A DNA stretch of 64,000 bases from Eledone cirrhosa (taxonomy: Eukaryota): positions 1,674,001 through 1,738,000 of the forward strand of contig OZ024752.1 of the NCBI GenBank assembly GCA_964016885.1, given 5' to 3'. The notes under the pieces were generated by a model. That model saw only the letters and a program-made list of their open reading frames with translations. It ran no database searches and was not told the origin of the DNA. A program made the translations under genes and the position numbers. This document shows, piece by piece, positions 41,556 through 56,371 of the stretch (positions are counted from its first letter, which is position 1; every line of letters begins with the position of its first letter).

Positions 41556-42190
41556 TTATGTTTGGAATTTAAATAGCATTTCAATCTGAGGTGACCAACA
41601 TCAGCTACGGAGAGGCCGAATCTGCAACGCCTTACTCTGCTCCCACCACTTGCTGGCCGGTGCTCCACCGACCGCCAAGGTCGCCGCATGCATTCTCCGC
41701 TCACCCATTCTTCCGAAATCCATAAGAGTATGCCCCTGGAGACCAAAAACGCGGATTTGTCTCGATTAGCAGAAAGGCTGCGCCCCATTAACGCCATCCC
41801 GCTCTCTACCTCTTGAAGAACTGTTTCGCTCGCCCCAAATTCACATTCTCGCTGCGCAGTGTACCTTGCCACCCTCACGCAGATCTGGTCGGGGAATTTG
41901 ACGCCACCATTCGCCGCTCTGCGTGACTCATCTGTATTGTCAATTTACACAGCGCAGGCTGGCAACAGGCGACACCCTCAACGAGGTTCGTTGGCCTCGG
42001 CCTCCGATCAGCTTCGGACTTTGTTTTCCTGCCTACCTCTCCTCTATCTCAGCTTCTCGCGCTCTGGTCAACGAGGTTATCAGCCAGAGCGCGAGAAGCT
42101 GAGATAGAGGAGAGGTAGGCAGGAAAACAAAGTCCGAAGCTGATCGGAGGCCGAGGCCAACGAACCTCGTTGAGGGTGTCGCCTATTGCC
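41556..42190. mobile_element. GC-rich insertion with terminal fold-back and 17-bp target-site duplication
   Basis: atatatttggttataat at 41539-41555 and 42191-42207; inverted arms 41960-42067 and 42084-42191. Confidence 0.8.
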
Positions 42191-42200
42191 ATATATTTGG

Positions 42201-43168
42201 TTATAATGTACTAATATACTGTGCCCTAGTTAACTGTGTACATTTTCGGCAGTACGGGGTCCAAGTACGCCTGATGTCTCGACAGCGACCGGTGTGAATA
42301 TGAAGCGGCCGGACAAACCTCGGTATTGGTCAACGTGTTAGTTATTATTTATGTAGAAAAAAATATTTCGAAGAATAAGTTGAAGGAGAGGACCGATCTG
42401 TTAATATAAAGATTAATAAAAATACTGATTGTACGCTAGTGAAAACATATTGATTTGATACGGATTCAAATGGCAAACAGAGAAAATTCTCTTCAATATT
42501 TCTATATAACTTAATCAGAACCTCAATAAATAGCTAATTACAATCCCTGCCGTATAAAATGCATTAATACATATAAACATATGACTAAAAATACTTATTA
42601 ATAATATGCTTAAAGTAAAAACACGTTTCCGTACATAGTGTGTAGTCGTTATCAATTCGCTTTAATATAAACATAAATATTTATAACAAGTGGATCTATA
42701 TAGTATACATTATGATTAAAGAAATCCAACAAAGGTTTTTTCATGATATATTACTCAAATAAAAATTAATATTAAAATTTCAACGATAATAATCATATCG
42801 TTGCTAATGAGTGCATGTTATATATTTGCTGTTCGATGATTCGACATCACGATTTGCAAAATTCTTTATCCCTGAATAATGAATTAGACAACTATCTTAC
42901 AGACAACTATTATGTTTATAGTGACACTCACAGTTACAATAATGAATAGTGATATCACTGCTAGAGATTAATTCCAGAAAATCTCGAAGTTTAGCCGACC
43001 CAAATGGAGAACTAGAATGGGTGATATACGAAGGGATGGGTTAAATTGGAAATTAGTAAGACTAGTTATTAGATGAAAATTAAAATACACATGTAGCAAG
43101 ACATATATTCGGGGTTTAGCTGAAAATGTACACAGTTAACTAGGGCACAGTATATTAGTACATTATAA
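42201..43168. mobile_element. Non-autonomous TIR element (MITE-like)
   Basis: 42201-42250 is the reverse complement of 43119-43168 (one mismatch in 50 bp); no ORF inside. Confidence 0.75.
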
Positions 43169-44131
43169 GATTATATAGAAGAGAATGGTAACCCGAGATG
43201 ACAAGTTAGGAAATTATTCCCAGTGGACAGACGTCTTAATTTAATACAATCGTCTTATTCGCCATATCAAATATCACAGTTTCCTCCGACAGGCGTCGTA
43301 TTTGCTGCCGTTGTTTACAATAGGCGCTGTCAGTGCTAATGTCATTGTTAGAGTTATCTCAGATCCCACTTGCATTAACAATTGCTTCCTCTATATCTTT
43401 TTGTGTGTATTTTCAATTTCACGTTGTAGAAGTACATACGACTCAGCAATCGCGGAAAAACACACGTTTACATATATATATGTATATACAACTGAAGCAC
43501 GCACACACACACGTGCACACATACACGCACTCACATACACACTCGCGCGAACACATATATATTTATAACTATGAGTGTGTGTGTGTGTGTGTGAGAGTGT
43601 GTGTTTGTCTGTGTATATATGTACGAATCTGTGTGTGTCTGTGTATCTATGTTTGTGTGTGTGTGTGTGTGTGTGTTTCAATGGGGCTCAGTATATATGA
43701 ATGCTAGACACACAGTTTCTCTTTTACATATAGCTAACTCTGATTCTTCCTGGCATTCATATCAGTCCACGATTTGTTAGCCGTCTTCTCTTTCTCTGAA
43801 CAATGATGTTTATGATGTTTTAGAGAAGGATCGTCTGCCCGTTCTGCGCCTTTTCGACTCGGCAGGCATATGACGTGTACGTTATTTAATGAAGATGTCT
43901 GGCAAAAGCTAATAATGTCATTTCGCTCTAGAATCAGAGATGTTCTATCCAAACATTGTAACATACAGACGTAACATAAACTGATTAACAAGAACAAACA
44001 ATGAATCATACACGTGGTCATCAGGCTGATATATCTTTATAATATCAAAATATTATGGATAATTTTAAGGTTGTCGTTGGTTATTGTGGATTGGTTTGGT
44101 ACTACATTGAATATTTAGCGTATATTATCTT

Positions 44132-44239
<108 letters not shown>

Positions 44240-44298
44240 ATATATAAATATATATATATATATGTAGATGGAGGTGTATAGATCCAAATATTCTTCGT

Positions 44299-44330
<32 letters not shown>

Positions 44331-44331
44331 G

Positions 44332-44647
44332 AGGTTATATTTAATTTGTTGGGATACAACAAGCAAAATATTTGTATAACTGATATAAAGCACTCAACAA
44401 ATTATTGGAGTAAATATACAATATATTAACAAATGGAAACTATATTTATAAAACCATATTTATTTCATTATACATATTTCAAGGGCCACCAAGGCATATT
44501 TTCAGGGTATGTCAATATTTATTTATAAAACGAATCTATATTATAATTTATCTGATGAAAGCGCACCATAATATGCCTTGGTGGCCCTTGAAATATGTAT
44601 ACTGAAGTAAATATGGTTTTATAAATATAGTTTCCATTTGTTAATAT

Positions 44648-44651
<4 letters not shown>
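44332..44651. mobile_element. Fold-back element, family A
   Basis: Inverted tail arm 44332-44500; plus arm with CTGATGA..GAAA HHR at ~44544-44609. Confidence 0.85.
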
Positions 44652-44693
<42 letters not shown>

Positions 44694-44696
<3 letters not shown>

Positions 44697-44885
44697 CGAA
44701 TGAGTTTTGGTAAGGAACCAGATGGAACATAACGCACCAGAGTACTCAATACTTAGGGTAGTAGAGTGGGTAATAAGAAAAAGTATGACCTCGCCGGTAG
44801 AGCTCAAGCTGTTTCGACGGCTATTTCTGGTCCAGAAATAGCCATCGCAACGGCTTGAGCTCTGCCGTCGGGGTCATACGTTTTC
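44694..44885. mobile_element. Family D subfamily hairpin
   Basis: Tail plus palindrome centred at ~44831. Confidence 0.8.
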
Positions 44886-45029
44886 ATTGCCAGAAATAAT
44901 AACAGAACACACACATGTATATATATATATATATATAACGAAGGAAATGTGGTAAGGAACCAAGTGGACCATAACGCACCAAAGTACTCAATACTTAGGG
45001 TAGTAGAGTGGGTAATAGGAACCAGTAAG

Positions 45030-45123
45030 ACCCCGACGGCTGAGCTCAAGCCGTTTCGACGGCTAATTCTGGACTAAATGAAAATTTATCCTGGTTTTTA
45101 AATAGCCGAGCTTCTCAAGGGGT
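45030..45123 (-). ncRNA. Type I hammerhead, U3-A8 variant, family D
   Basis: acccc TTGAGAA gct cggcta...tagccg tc GAAA cggct-tgagctc-agccg TC ggggt. Confidence 0.75.
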
Positions 45124-45662
45124 AATTCCATATATGGTCAAAGTGATTGTCAGAAGGATTGGTCGCAAGTTAGTAGTAATTCTGTGATGGCAAATTAGTG
45201 GGGGAAGGGGTAGCTAAACCTGCCAGTAGGAGAAAAAAAAAGGGGGTGGTGGTGGAGTAGACCCATTCATGCGTTGGTGGTGCCGGCTACAGCTGGGCGT
45301 GAGGTCAAAGAAGATACTAGGGGGGGGGGGGGAGAAGTCGAAACGGTAAGTAGAACAATGAAGGGTAAAAATATACTGAGAGTGAAGCGAATAAATGTAA
45401 AGAAAAAAAAAAGTATATTTTTACCTGTCATTGTTCTACTTACCATTTCGACTTCCTCCCATCCCCCTCCCTAGTATCTTCTTTGACCTCACGCCCAGCT
45501 GTAGCCGGCAGCACCAACGCATGAATGGGTCTACTCAACCCCCTCCCCTGTTTCTCCTACTGGCAGGTTTAGCTACCCCTTCCCCCACTAATTTGCCATC
45601 ACAGAATTACTACTAACTTGCGACCAATCCTTCTGACAATCACTTTGACCATATATGGAATT

Positions 45663-45756
45663 ACCCCTTGAGAAGCTCGGCTATTTAAAAACCAGGATAA
45701 ATTTTCATTTAGTCCAGAATTAGCCGTCGAAACGGCTTGAGCTCAGCTGTCGGGGT
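45663..45756 (+). ncRNA. Type I hammerhead, U3-A8 variant, family D
   Basis: Same fold; helix I acccc/ggggt, helix III cggct/agctg; predicted cut after GUC at 45751. Confidence 0.75.
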
Positions 45757-45766
45757 CTTATTGGTT

Positions 45767-45799
<33 letters not shown>

Positions 45800-45803
<4 letters not shown>

Positions 45804-45935
45804 AAAGAGTCAGGACACCGACGGCTGAGCTCCGGCTCTTTCGACAGCTAGATCTGAACTAACGAGTATCGAGTAATCTGGAGCGTTGTGGGCCACCTGG
45901 TTCCTTACGACACTGCCTTCGTTATATATATATAC

Positions 45936-45983
<48 letters not shown>

Positions 45984-46253
45984 ATTGTGGAGGGGGAGGC
46001 AATTGTGTGTATTATGTATATATATATATATATATATATAGGAACCAGTAAGACCAGTAAGACCCCGACAGCTGAGCTCAAGCCGTTTCGACGGCTAATT
46101 CGACGGCTAATTCAGTCCAGAATTAGCCGTCGAAACGGCTTGAGCTCAGCTGTCGGGGTCTTACTGGTTCCTATTACCCACTCTACTACCTCAAGTATTG
46201 AGTACTTTGGTGCGTTATGGTCCACCTGGTTCCTTACCACATTTCCTTCGTTA
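45800..46253. mobile_element. Two further family D copies (45800-45923 diverged; 46040-46253)
   Basis: Hairpin plus tail; small tandem duplications (accagtaag x2, cgacggctaatt x2) in the second copy. Confidence 0.82.
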
Positions 46254-46923
46254 TATATATATATATATATATATATGGTGAGGGCTTGTGTGTGTGTGTG
46301 CATGGGTGTATTTGTGTTTATGTACGTGAGTGTGTGTGTGTAGGTATTTGTCTGTGTAGAAATGATTGCGATATATCATTTCTCTGCGACAAAGAAATAT
46401 CAATAGAACACAATCCACCATGTTAATCGAGTAACGCAACAAATTATTCATACTTCTATATAAGTAGAAGCCTTCACTATGACCAACAACACAAGATGAC
46501 ATGGTTTACTAGAAAGTACCGTTCCCAGGTTGTGATGAATACATTTCTAGTAGGATGGGGATTAGCGAAACATCAATTACTCTGAACGTTGCCTTATTAT
46601 GAAATGAGTCCCCAAACCCGAAACCTTTATAAAGATATATCAATATCCTTTAATCTGATCAATATATACCACACACCTTGATTACTGATCTTTAGATCAA
46701 TCAATGAAGTGAAGTCACACATAAATGTCTGTGTTAAGATATTAAATTATATTCTTAGCCGTGGTACAGAATATTCTAACTAACTTGTACTTCCACTAGC
46801 CGAAAGTTTTGATGTGGGAGAATAGAAACACTATTTCTTGTTTATATAATGGTTTGTACTTCTAATAATAACTACGTCAATATCAATTGGATTGTCAGGT
46901 CAATTTTATCACGAGCTATTTCA

Positions 46924-47090
46924 ATAATGTTTTCTAGTATAGGCACAAGGTCAGTAATTTTTTTTTGGGGGGGGGGGGGGGGGGAGAAGAAAGTCGACTA
47001 ATGCGACTCCAGTACGTTACTGGTTCTTTATTTTATCGACCGCTTAAGAAGGAAAGCCAAAGTTAACCTCGGTGGGATTTGAACTCAGAC
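46924..47090 (-). mobile_element. SINE, abundant family
   Basis: ggcacaagg...ttattttatcgac...aaagttaacctcggtgggatttgaactcaga. Confidence 0.8.
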
Positions 47091-48678
47091 CACGAACTAT
47101 TTCAATAATAAAAACTAAATGCACCAAACACCGAAATATTCCATCATTAAAGCAAATTAATTAGAATTGTTATTACCAAGTTAATCAGACTAGCATATAT
47201 CAGCTTTTTACAGTTATATATTGAATTCATTTAAGGAAATATTAAATAAAGTCAACTCCGAGTCTCTTAAATTGAACACACTGTTATGAAAACCTCCAAA
47301 TCACGTATGAATCATCACATACAGAAAAAGAGTCTGTTCTCATTTCAGGTAGTACAGAAAACAGGTATTATTGGACAACCCACCGACTTATAACTTTATG
47401 TCACTTATTGACACCTATCAAGCCACCATAATTAAATACACGGACATTAAACTCTATATTTAAAAGAATCTAATCATGCACGATATATACCAATCGTCTC
47501 TAATAAATATAGAATACCATGGCTTTCACCAGTGCATTGCGTCATTCCATCTCTTCTAGACGCACTTCGGGACCTGAGATCTAAAGCAAACTATTTAGAA
47601 ACCAATATTTTAATGCTATACAAGTCTAATGAAATGTGTTTTCACTTATTATGTAATATTGTTATGAGGTAACTATATGTTAGTTTGATATTTTAGAAAT
47701 ATATATTTTTTATGGTTGGTAGAATATTTCATATTTCATTTGTAATTGGATTTTAGTGTAGTTAACATATTAAATAAATCAATAGCAAGTTTTATAGACA
47801 ATCAATATTATTTTATAATTCAAACAACTTCCTTGAGTTTCAATATATATTTCGATATTTACCATTACACATCTTTCCGTTTCTGTAATTTCCATAGATT
47901 GTAAATTTGAATTATCTGATTCCATATATAGTCGCAATAACATCTCATCTTAGCTACAATTAAGATGAAATAATTTAGTTTGGAAGACATTCTATGAATA
48001 ATTTTATACTTTAAAAATGGCATTCAATAATTCCCTCACATTCTGTTTATTCTCTAGACATTGCCAAAAAGGTTTAAAGAGATATGTTTAGATTAAGCGA
48101 TTACATACACATTGATACAACATTTCGATTGCATTGTGTAGAGACGACCTGCTCGTGAGACCTGGAGATTAAACAAACAAACAAACAAAAAAAAAATGAA
48201 AATAGAAATTATGCTTTCTTTGTTGAATAACCAGGAATGACAAGCTTGTTGATTCTGGTGTCAGGTACATCGCATCCATGTCCCTGAAGGTGTCTAAGGC
48301 TGCTTGGATCTCTTAAAATTGTGTACGAGTGTGGTTTGTCATTGTATGCATGAAATACAAAATAAGTTCATAGGGACAAGGTATAATAGATCGATAATCA
48401 ATATACACATGAACAATCTTAACTTCAAGGTAAACATGTAAAACGCTGGATACATAAATACAAAGAAAAAAGACATCATACTAAAGGGTGTCCGAGGGAA
48501 GGCAAATTTAATTAAGGTACTGAATACATTTGTAGAGAAGGTACACATGTATTTCATATAGAAATAGCTTCTAACTTTCTGATGTTTTCAGAGATCTCTT
48601 TCGATGGAAGTCATTATATGTTATGAAATACAACACGCGCGCGTGCGCCGATGCTACATTCGCACGCAGGTACATGCC

Positions 48679-48837
<159 letters not shown>

Positions 48838-49042
48838 GAGCGATAGAGAGTTAAAATCCCTAAGATGCTTGGCTCCCCGCGCTAAACGCCCTCTGCATCT
48901 CCCTATCCATTAAGAACCACTCCTCTCATTAGTCATATCGCAGGCCTCATCACTGCATATCCACTCTATCTCTCTCGCTTTCTCTCACACACACTCTCTC
49001 TCTCTCTATATATATATTTATATATATATATTTATATATATG

Positions 49043-50020
<978 letters not shown>

Positions 50021-50152
50021 CACAAACGCGCGTGCGTGTGTGTGTGTATGTATTTGTGTGTGCATATATATATGTATGTGTATGTCCGTTGGCGCATACG
50101 TATGTACTGGCCTAACTCTTAACTATTTACTTTTACTATTTTAAGGCAAAGT

Positions 50153-50264
50153 TAAAATTCCGTCGAGGTTAACTTTGCCTTTCATCCTTATGGGTTGATA
50201 AAATAAAGTACCAGTAATGTACTGTGTAATTGCTGGCCTTGTGCCAAAAGTAGAAACAACTATT
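50153..50264 (+). mobile_element. 5'-truncated SINE
   Basis: Close match to 29811-29921. Confidence 0.85.
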
Positions 50265-50304
50265 TTCGTTTTCGTTTACAATTTTATTTACATCATTCTT
50301 AAAC

Positions 50305-50557
50305 TCCGGGGCTGGATATCATTCGGTTATTTTAAATATAATATTAGTCTAACGACTCCATTTATACCATAAACTTGGTCTTGTCTTTGCATGAAATTGT
50401 TCTTCTCGGTCCACATAACGACGTATTATCCTCGCTTTTTTTCCGTCTTCACGAACCAAAATAGCGTCTTCCTGTTTTCCTTCGGATGCAACGTTTCTCG
50501 AAATATTTGATTCTACGTCCACAGATTGAATTTTTTAGTTTAAGAAGATCCCGTTAA
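50305..50557 (+). mobile_element. Diverged family I fragment
   Basis: Reverse complement of ~13497-13757. Confidence 0.7.
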
Positions 50558-50587
50558 TGTTTCAACATTATCTATAACGACAGAGAT

Positions 50588-50636
<49 letters not shown>

Positions 50637-51193
50637 GAGAGAGAGAAAGAGAGATCTACGCGTTCTTTATTGTTCTCCATTCTGTAGAGGAAGAGAGAGA
50701 GAGGGGGTATGAGTGAGAGAGAGAGGGTATGAGAAAAAAGGGAGTGGGGTTGAGAAAGAAAGAAAGTTTAAGCAAAGTATATGTGTGTTTGTGTGTGTGT
50801 GAACCAGCATTCGTCGCCATTCTCTCTCTCTCTATCTGATTTTCTTGTACCTCTCTCTGTATAACAACCTATCTCACTCTCTTTCTCTCTCTATATCTCC
50901 CTTTCTCTCTTTAGATGTATATGTATATGTGTGTGTGTGTGATATATATATACATGTAGTTTCATAGGTTTTTTAGGGTAGTAGTGAAAGGAATTAAGCG
51001 TGTAAGAGAGAGGGTTATAGCATGTATTTAGTTTTATCAATATTTTTTCATAGAAGCAGGAAATCTTTGGCAAAGTGTATTACGCGTTGACCAGCCTTGG
51101 TAAATTTGGAGCACATTGGAAAAAAATCATCAAAATCGCTAGAGAAATGGGAAATGCATAAAAATCATACACACACACAGACAGACATCTTCC

Positions 51194-51284
<91 letters not shown>

Positions 51285-51291
<7 letters not shown>

Positions 51292-51602
51292 TAGCGAGGT
51301 TTTTGATATGAAATCGTGTGTCGAAACAAATGTTGTTATACTTAAGATGGCGTAGATATACAATACAACAGGAGGAACATAATAGCACCACTGACGATGT
51401 TGCAGATGTGCAACAAAAGAACATTGTTAGCCTAAATATATGTGTTTGTGTCTATAATATAGTCAATGGTAAACATTGAGGACCGAATAAATTAACTGAT
51501 ATAAAAGATACAGAAGCGAAAACTAACCAAACAGTGAGTGTATTCTGTTATTAATTCTGGCAATATTATTAAAACAATATGGCCATCCCCAAGTGTAACA
51601 AT
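51285..51602. mobile_element. Family C2 copy (inverted tail plus body)
   Basis: Matches 687-975 and 1272-1330; dead HHR at ~51386-51428 (CTGACGA kept, GAAA changed to AAAA). Confidence 0.8.
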
Positions 51603-51620
51603 ATATATATATATATATAT

Positions 51621-51850
51621 CAAGGGAGTGTAACGCGGAAGTTACTATAGGTTCACCCAGGTGAGCACTCGATGTTTAAGTTCACGTCAGTATCGAGGTA
51701 TAGAGCTATACAGAGTATATAATAATACAAAGGCGATTGGTTAAGCCTTCATTACGTTTATTGGTTGGTGACGCGCGTTTCGCTATTGATCAGCTCAAGG
51801 ATCAATCTGTATCGATCTGGCCCGACTCTGGAATCAAAAGCTTGTCAGTA
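51621..51850 (-). mobile_element. Family J copy
   Basis: Colinear with 2771-3000. Confidence 0.8.
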
Positions 51851-52167
51851 TGTCATTACTACAACAAACAGCCCGATTTAAAGCTGTGCCGTGCCGGTGA
51901 CCTATCGTCACCTGTTTGTTCTACACTGGCTTTGAAGAACAAGCAACAAGTTCTGGGTTATCACCCTTCATCAGGTCTCTACCTCTGCCAGTCTTTTGAA
52001 CTGTTGAAAATACATAGTATTTTCTTAAGTACACATCGGCTGAGTAGCTTCATTTGTGAACCGAGCGAGTTACGGCTAGCCTTGCCGAATATTAAAAATA
52101 AATGTACAATTTTTCTTCTCACAATAACACAGATAATACATAAATGTTAGTACGTACATGTACATAA

Positions 52168-52219
<52 letters not shown>

Positions 52220-53083
52220 ATGTGTGTGTGTGTGTGTGGGGGGGTATAGATATATGTGCGGGTGTGGCTGTTCTCATATGTATGTATGTGTGTATGTATG
52301 TATGTAAATGTCTGTCTGTATTGGATGTATTAGTATACGTGTGGGTGCTTATCCGTATGAGTTTATATGTATGTACACGTACGTATATTTACATACTTTT
52401 GTACAGGTATGTGCGTGGATATGTGTATATATATATATATATATATACATCTAAACAAGCTAAAACGCAATAAGCTAATCAGGAAGGTGATTAGATATGC
52501 AGATTAATAGCCTGTATAAAGAAGGTTAGTATGCTCAATGTATATAGGTTGTTAGGCTAGCGAACCATGCGATTAGATGGAAAGAGAGATAGTTTAACAA
52601 TCGTTTAATAAGCAGAACAAAAGTCATATTTAAAATGATAGAGAGAACAACAAAGATTTATGAGTTGAAATATCAGAGAGTTATCTTTCTGATATTTCAA
52701 CTCTATTACATCTCCTTATTATTAACTGGTTATAGTTTCAACTTATCTCTAATAATATTAATCTTTATTTTTTATGTATCCTTATAACCTACTCAACATT
52801 TTACTGTTCTCATTCGTCTTTTAATGTTTAGAATATTTGACTAAACACCTATACCTAATTATCTTCCCTTTAAGCTAATGATCTCCCTTTGAATGTTATT
52901 TACTTTTTCAATTTTAAACCAATAGAACATGGCTGCTATAAAGCTTTTACAAATCCATCCTTTTAATATCAACATTCCACAATTAAAGTAGGTTTCTCAT
53001 TTGGGTGAAATGATTTATTTTAGGAATTGAAATGTTATAAATACATTTTTAGGCTCAGAGGATAATATTGACAGATTTATTTA

Positions 53084-53148
53084 TTTTTAATGGACTTATA
53101 TCGATTTTTAATGGACTTATATCGATTTTTAATGGACTTATATCGATT
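53084..53148. repeat. Three copies of a 21-bp tandem repeat
   Basis: tttttaatggacttatatcga x3. Confidence 0.9.
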
Positions 53149-53269
53149 TGTATTCGATATCCCGACATCTATGTCCACTCTTACTGTGCAATATTTCAAA
53201 CAACCTGTTAGCCATTAAATATATACATGTATTCATACATCTTTGTTATTCTCCCCTGTATTTTAAATA

Positions 53270-53336
<67 letters not shown>

Positions 53337-53341
53337 AACTA

Positions 53342-53377
<36 letters not shown>

Positions 53378-53380
<3 letters not shown>

Positions 53381-53778
53381 ATGATATTAAATAAATGGAC
53401 ACTATGTTTATAAAACCATATTTATTTTATTATATATATTTCAAGGGCAACCAAGATAACATTGATGAGCTTTCATCAGATACAATACACAGTTTGTTTT
53501 ATAAATAGAGACATACCCATGAAAATCATACCTCACTGGATTTCGAAACGATAAGGTATGATTTTCATGGGTATGTCTCTATTTATAAAACAAACTTTGT
53601 ATTTTATATGATGAAAGCACACCAATTTTATCTTGGTTTCCCTTGAAATATATATAATTTAAAATAAATATGGTTTTATGAATATATTTAACATTTATTT
53701 AATATCATTGAATATCTACTCCAGTAATCAGTTGAGTGCTCTAAATCAGTTGTTTACATTTATATTTGTCGGACTTCC
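53378..53778. mobile_element. Fold-back element, family A subfamily
   Basis: Arms ~53378-53533 and ~53553-53710 plus tail; HHR motifs at ~53425-53488 (-, CTGATGA) and ~53600-53665 (+, ATGATGA). Confidence 0.85.
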
Positions 53779-53794
53779 AACAAATTGAATAGCA

Positions 53795-53863
<69 letters not shown>

Positions 53864-53865
<2 letters not shown>

Positions 53866-54054
53866 CGAAGGAAATGTGGTAAGGAACCAGGTGGACCATA
53901 ACGCACAAAAGTACTCAATACTTAGGGTAGTAGAGTGGGTAATAGGAACCAGTAAGACTCCGACGGCTGAGCTCAAGCCGTTTCGACGGCTAATTCTGGA
54001 CCCAGAATTAGCCGTCGAAACGGCTTGAGCTCAGCCGTCGGTGTCTTACTGGTT

Positions 54055-54058
<4 letters not shown>
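53864..54058. mobile_element. Short hairpin element, family D
   Basis: Tail plus palindrome centred at ~54000. Confidence 0.9.
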
Positions 54059-54099
<41 letters not shown>

Positions 54100-54105
<6 letters not shown>

Positions 54106-54540
54106 ATATTAAATAAATGGAAACTATATTTATAAAATCATATTTATTCAATTATAAAGCTTATACTGCCTGCTGGATAAGTGGAGTGTTATACACCCCT
54201 GATCCTCTCCCTAGTATACTTTATTCAATTATATGTATTTCAAGGGTACCAAAATTTTGGTACGCTATCATCAGATAAAATACAAAAAGTTTTATAAATA
54301 TTTGACATTACCAAGTTATCCCTGTCAAATATTTAAAAAAACTTTTTGTATTTTATCTGATGATAGCGTACCAAAATATTGGTACCCTTGAAATATATAT
54401 AATTGAATAAATATGGTTTTATAAATATAGTTTCCATATATTTAATATCTTTGAATATTTACTCCAGAAAACTGTCGAGTGCTCTGAATCAGTTATAAAC
54501 ATTTATATTTATTTGTTGTATTTACAGCAAATTAAATATG
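54100..54540. mobile_element. Fold-back element, family A subfamily, with two intact-core HHRs
   Basis: HHR at 54222-54282 (-) and 54349-54409 (+): tattttat CTGATGA tagcgtacca..tggtaccctt GAAA tatata TA attgaata. Confidence 0.85.
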
Positions 54541-54641
54541 TCTGTGCGTTCGTGTACGGATGTATGTATTTATTTATATGTATATCTATGTGACGGTGTG
54601 TATGTATGTATGCATGTACGTGTATGCATACATATGCGTGC

Positions 54642-54691
<50 letters not shown>

Positions 54692-54696
<5 letters not shown>

Positions 54697-54936
54697 GAAT
54701 AAGGAAAAGCGAAGTAGTTTCAGATGTTCAAGTCCTTTAATAATAATGCTGTGATATATATTTCAATGACGACACTGGCCAGTGTCGTCATTGAAATATA
54801 TATCACAGCATTATTATTAAAGGACTTGAACATCTGAAACTACTTCGCTTTTCCTTATTCGATATTTACTCCGTCACTCCTATGTGGAAAAAGTACGTTG
54901 AGTGTTTGAATTGAATTGCATCAATGTTTACCCTAA
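54692..54936. mobile_element. Fold-back element, family K
   Basis: Palindrome centred at 54778/54779 (cactgg|ccagtg), GAAA tatata TC at 54793-54804, ~70 bp tail. Confidence 0.85.
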
Positions 54937-54981
54937 TATATATATACATATTTATATATATATATGTGCGTGTGTGTGTAT

Positions 54982-55022
<41 letters not shown>

Positions 55023-55754
55023 GTGTATGTGTTTGTATGTCCGTGTGTGTGTGTCTGTGTGCGTAGATATATATATATATATGTATGATTGGATTTGTGT
55101 ATGCGTGTGTATATATATATATGTATATATTTAGATATGTATACATATGTATGTATATAGGTGTGTGTGAGTATATATGGAGATGCGGACACATTTAGAC
55201 GTGGGTGGTTGTGTACGTGTGTGCCCACATTTATGTGTATATGTGAGTGTGAGTAGGTATTTGTACAAGATCAGGGATGGGTCTTTGCTTGCAAATATGG
55301 GTGAGTGTATGTCCGGATTTGTCTTGTCTTTCTTGTCCAGTGTATAATTGTTCCTCTTTCTCCTACCTATCAATACTAACGCATCCTAAGTATGACTTAA
55401 AACCCTAACGAACGCTTCAAACAATTGTGTCCGTGAAATGCAAGTAGACATGTTTTCATGCATGAATAGACGTTATTTTGTAAAGTAACCGATTTTAGAA
55501 TGAATAATGAACAAATGAGCGGAGACGACATAATACCACGTTGTTGGAATATGCTAAATATGACAAAGTGCTAGAGATATTCACTCAATATCAGAGACCA
55601 GCTTACATATTGAGTCATGCAGAGGATCATTCTATTCCAGAGTCAGGTTCGATCAATAATAGATCGTTTCTCGAGTTGATAGACAGTGAAACACATGTAA
55701 TAGGTTATTAAATATGCTACAATACAACACTGATTCTTTGTTCCTTTATTCTTA

Positions 55755-55796
<42 letters not shown>

Positions 55797-56325
55797 TATA
55801 TACACACACATATACACACACACACACACATATATCTATATCTATATCTCTCTCTCTATATATATATATAAACGGAAAAAATATGTATGTACGTGTACAT
55901 ACTCATATTTAAGTAACAGCCGTACTAAGAGTGGGAAATGAAATTTCGTTTAATTTTTTTCGTTTATCGTTTTCGGTGCCCCGGCCGATTAACCCACTCG
56001 ATATGCAAATTGGACTACTCAGCCGTTGATATGCATAAGGTAAGTATATACGTTCAACAATCTGGCGGAAAAAATACGTTGCTGACGATAGCTAATAAGC
56101 TTGAAACTAGTAGAGCGTTCCTTTGTCAGTGTTGAACAAACGAGAAACGATGGTTGCTAGACACTACGGCTTAATACGGGATGTTTGTTTACAAACACAC
56201 CGAGCATTATAAAAAATGTTCGGTGAATCCATACGTACATATATATATATATATATATGTGCATATATCTATATATATACATACTACTGTACGTCTATAT
56301 ACATACATGTATGTGCGTGTACATA

Positions 56326-56360
<35 letters not shown>

Positions 56361-56371
<11 letters not shown>

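Larger units (their letters stand above)
44936..45771. mobile_element. Long fold-back element, family D, with a complete HHR in each arm
   Basis: Arms 45015-45377 and 45412-45771, tail 44936-45014, (TA)n flanks. Confidence 0.92.

Noticed and set aside
41549-41878. 109-aa minus-strand ORF in the GC-rich insert
   Set aside because: No RT, endonuclease or other motif recognised; open frames are expected at higher GC
52662-52703. Small hairpin gagttgaaatatcaga/tctgatatttcaactc
   Set aside because: Possibly another old fold-back junction, but too short to assign; no ribozyme core found
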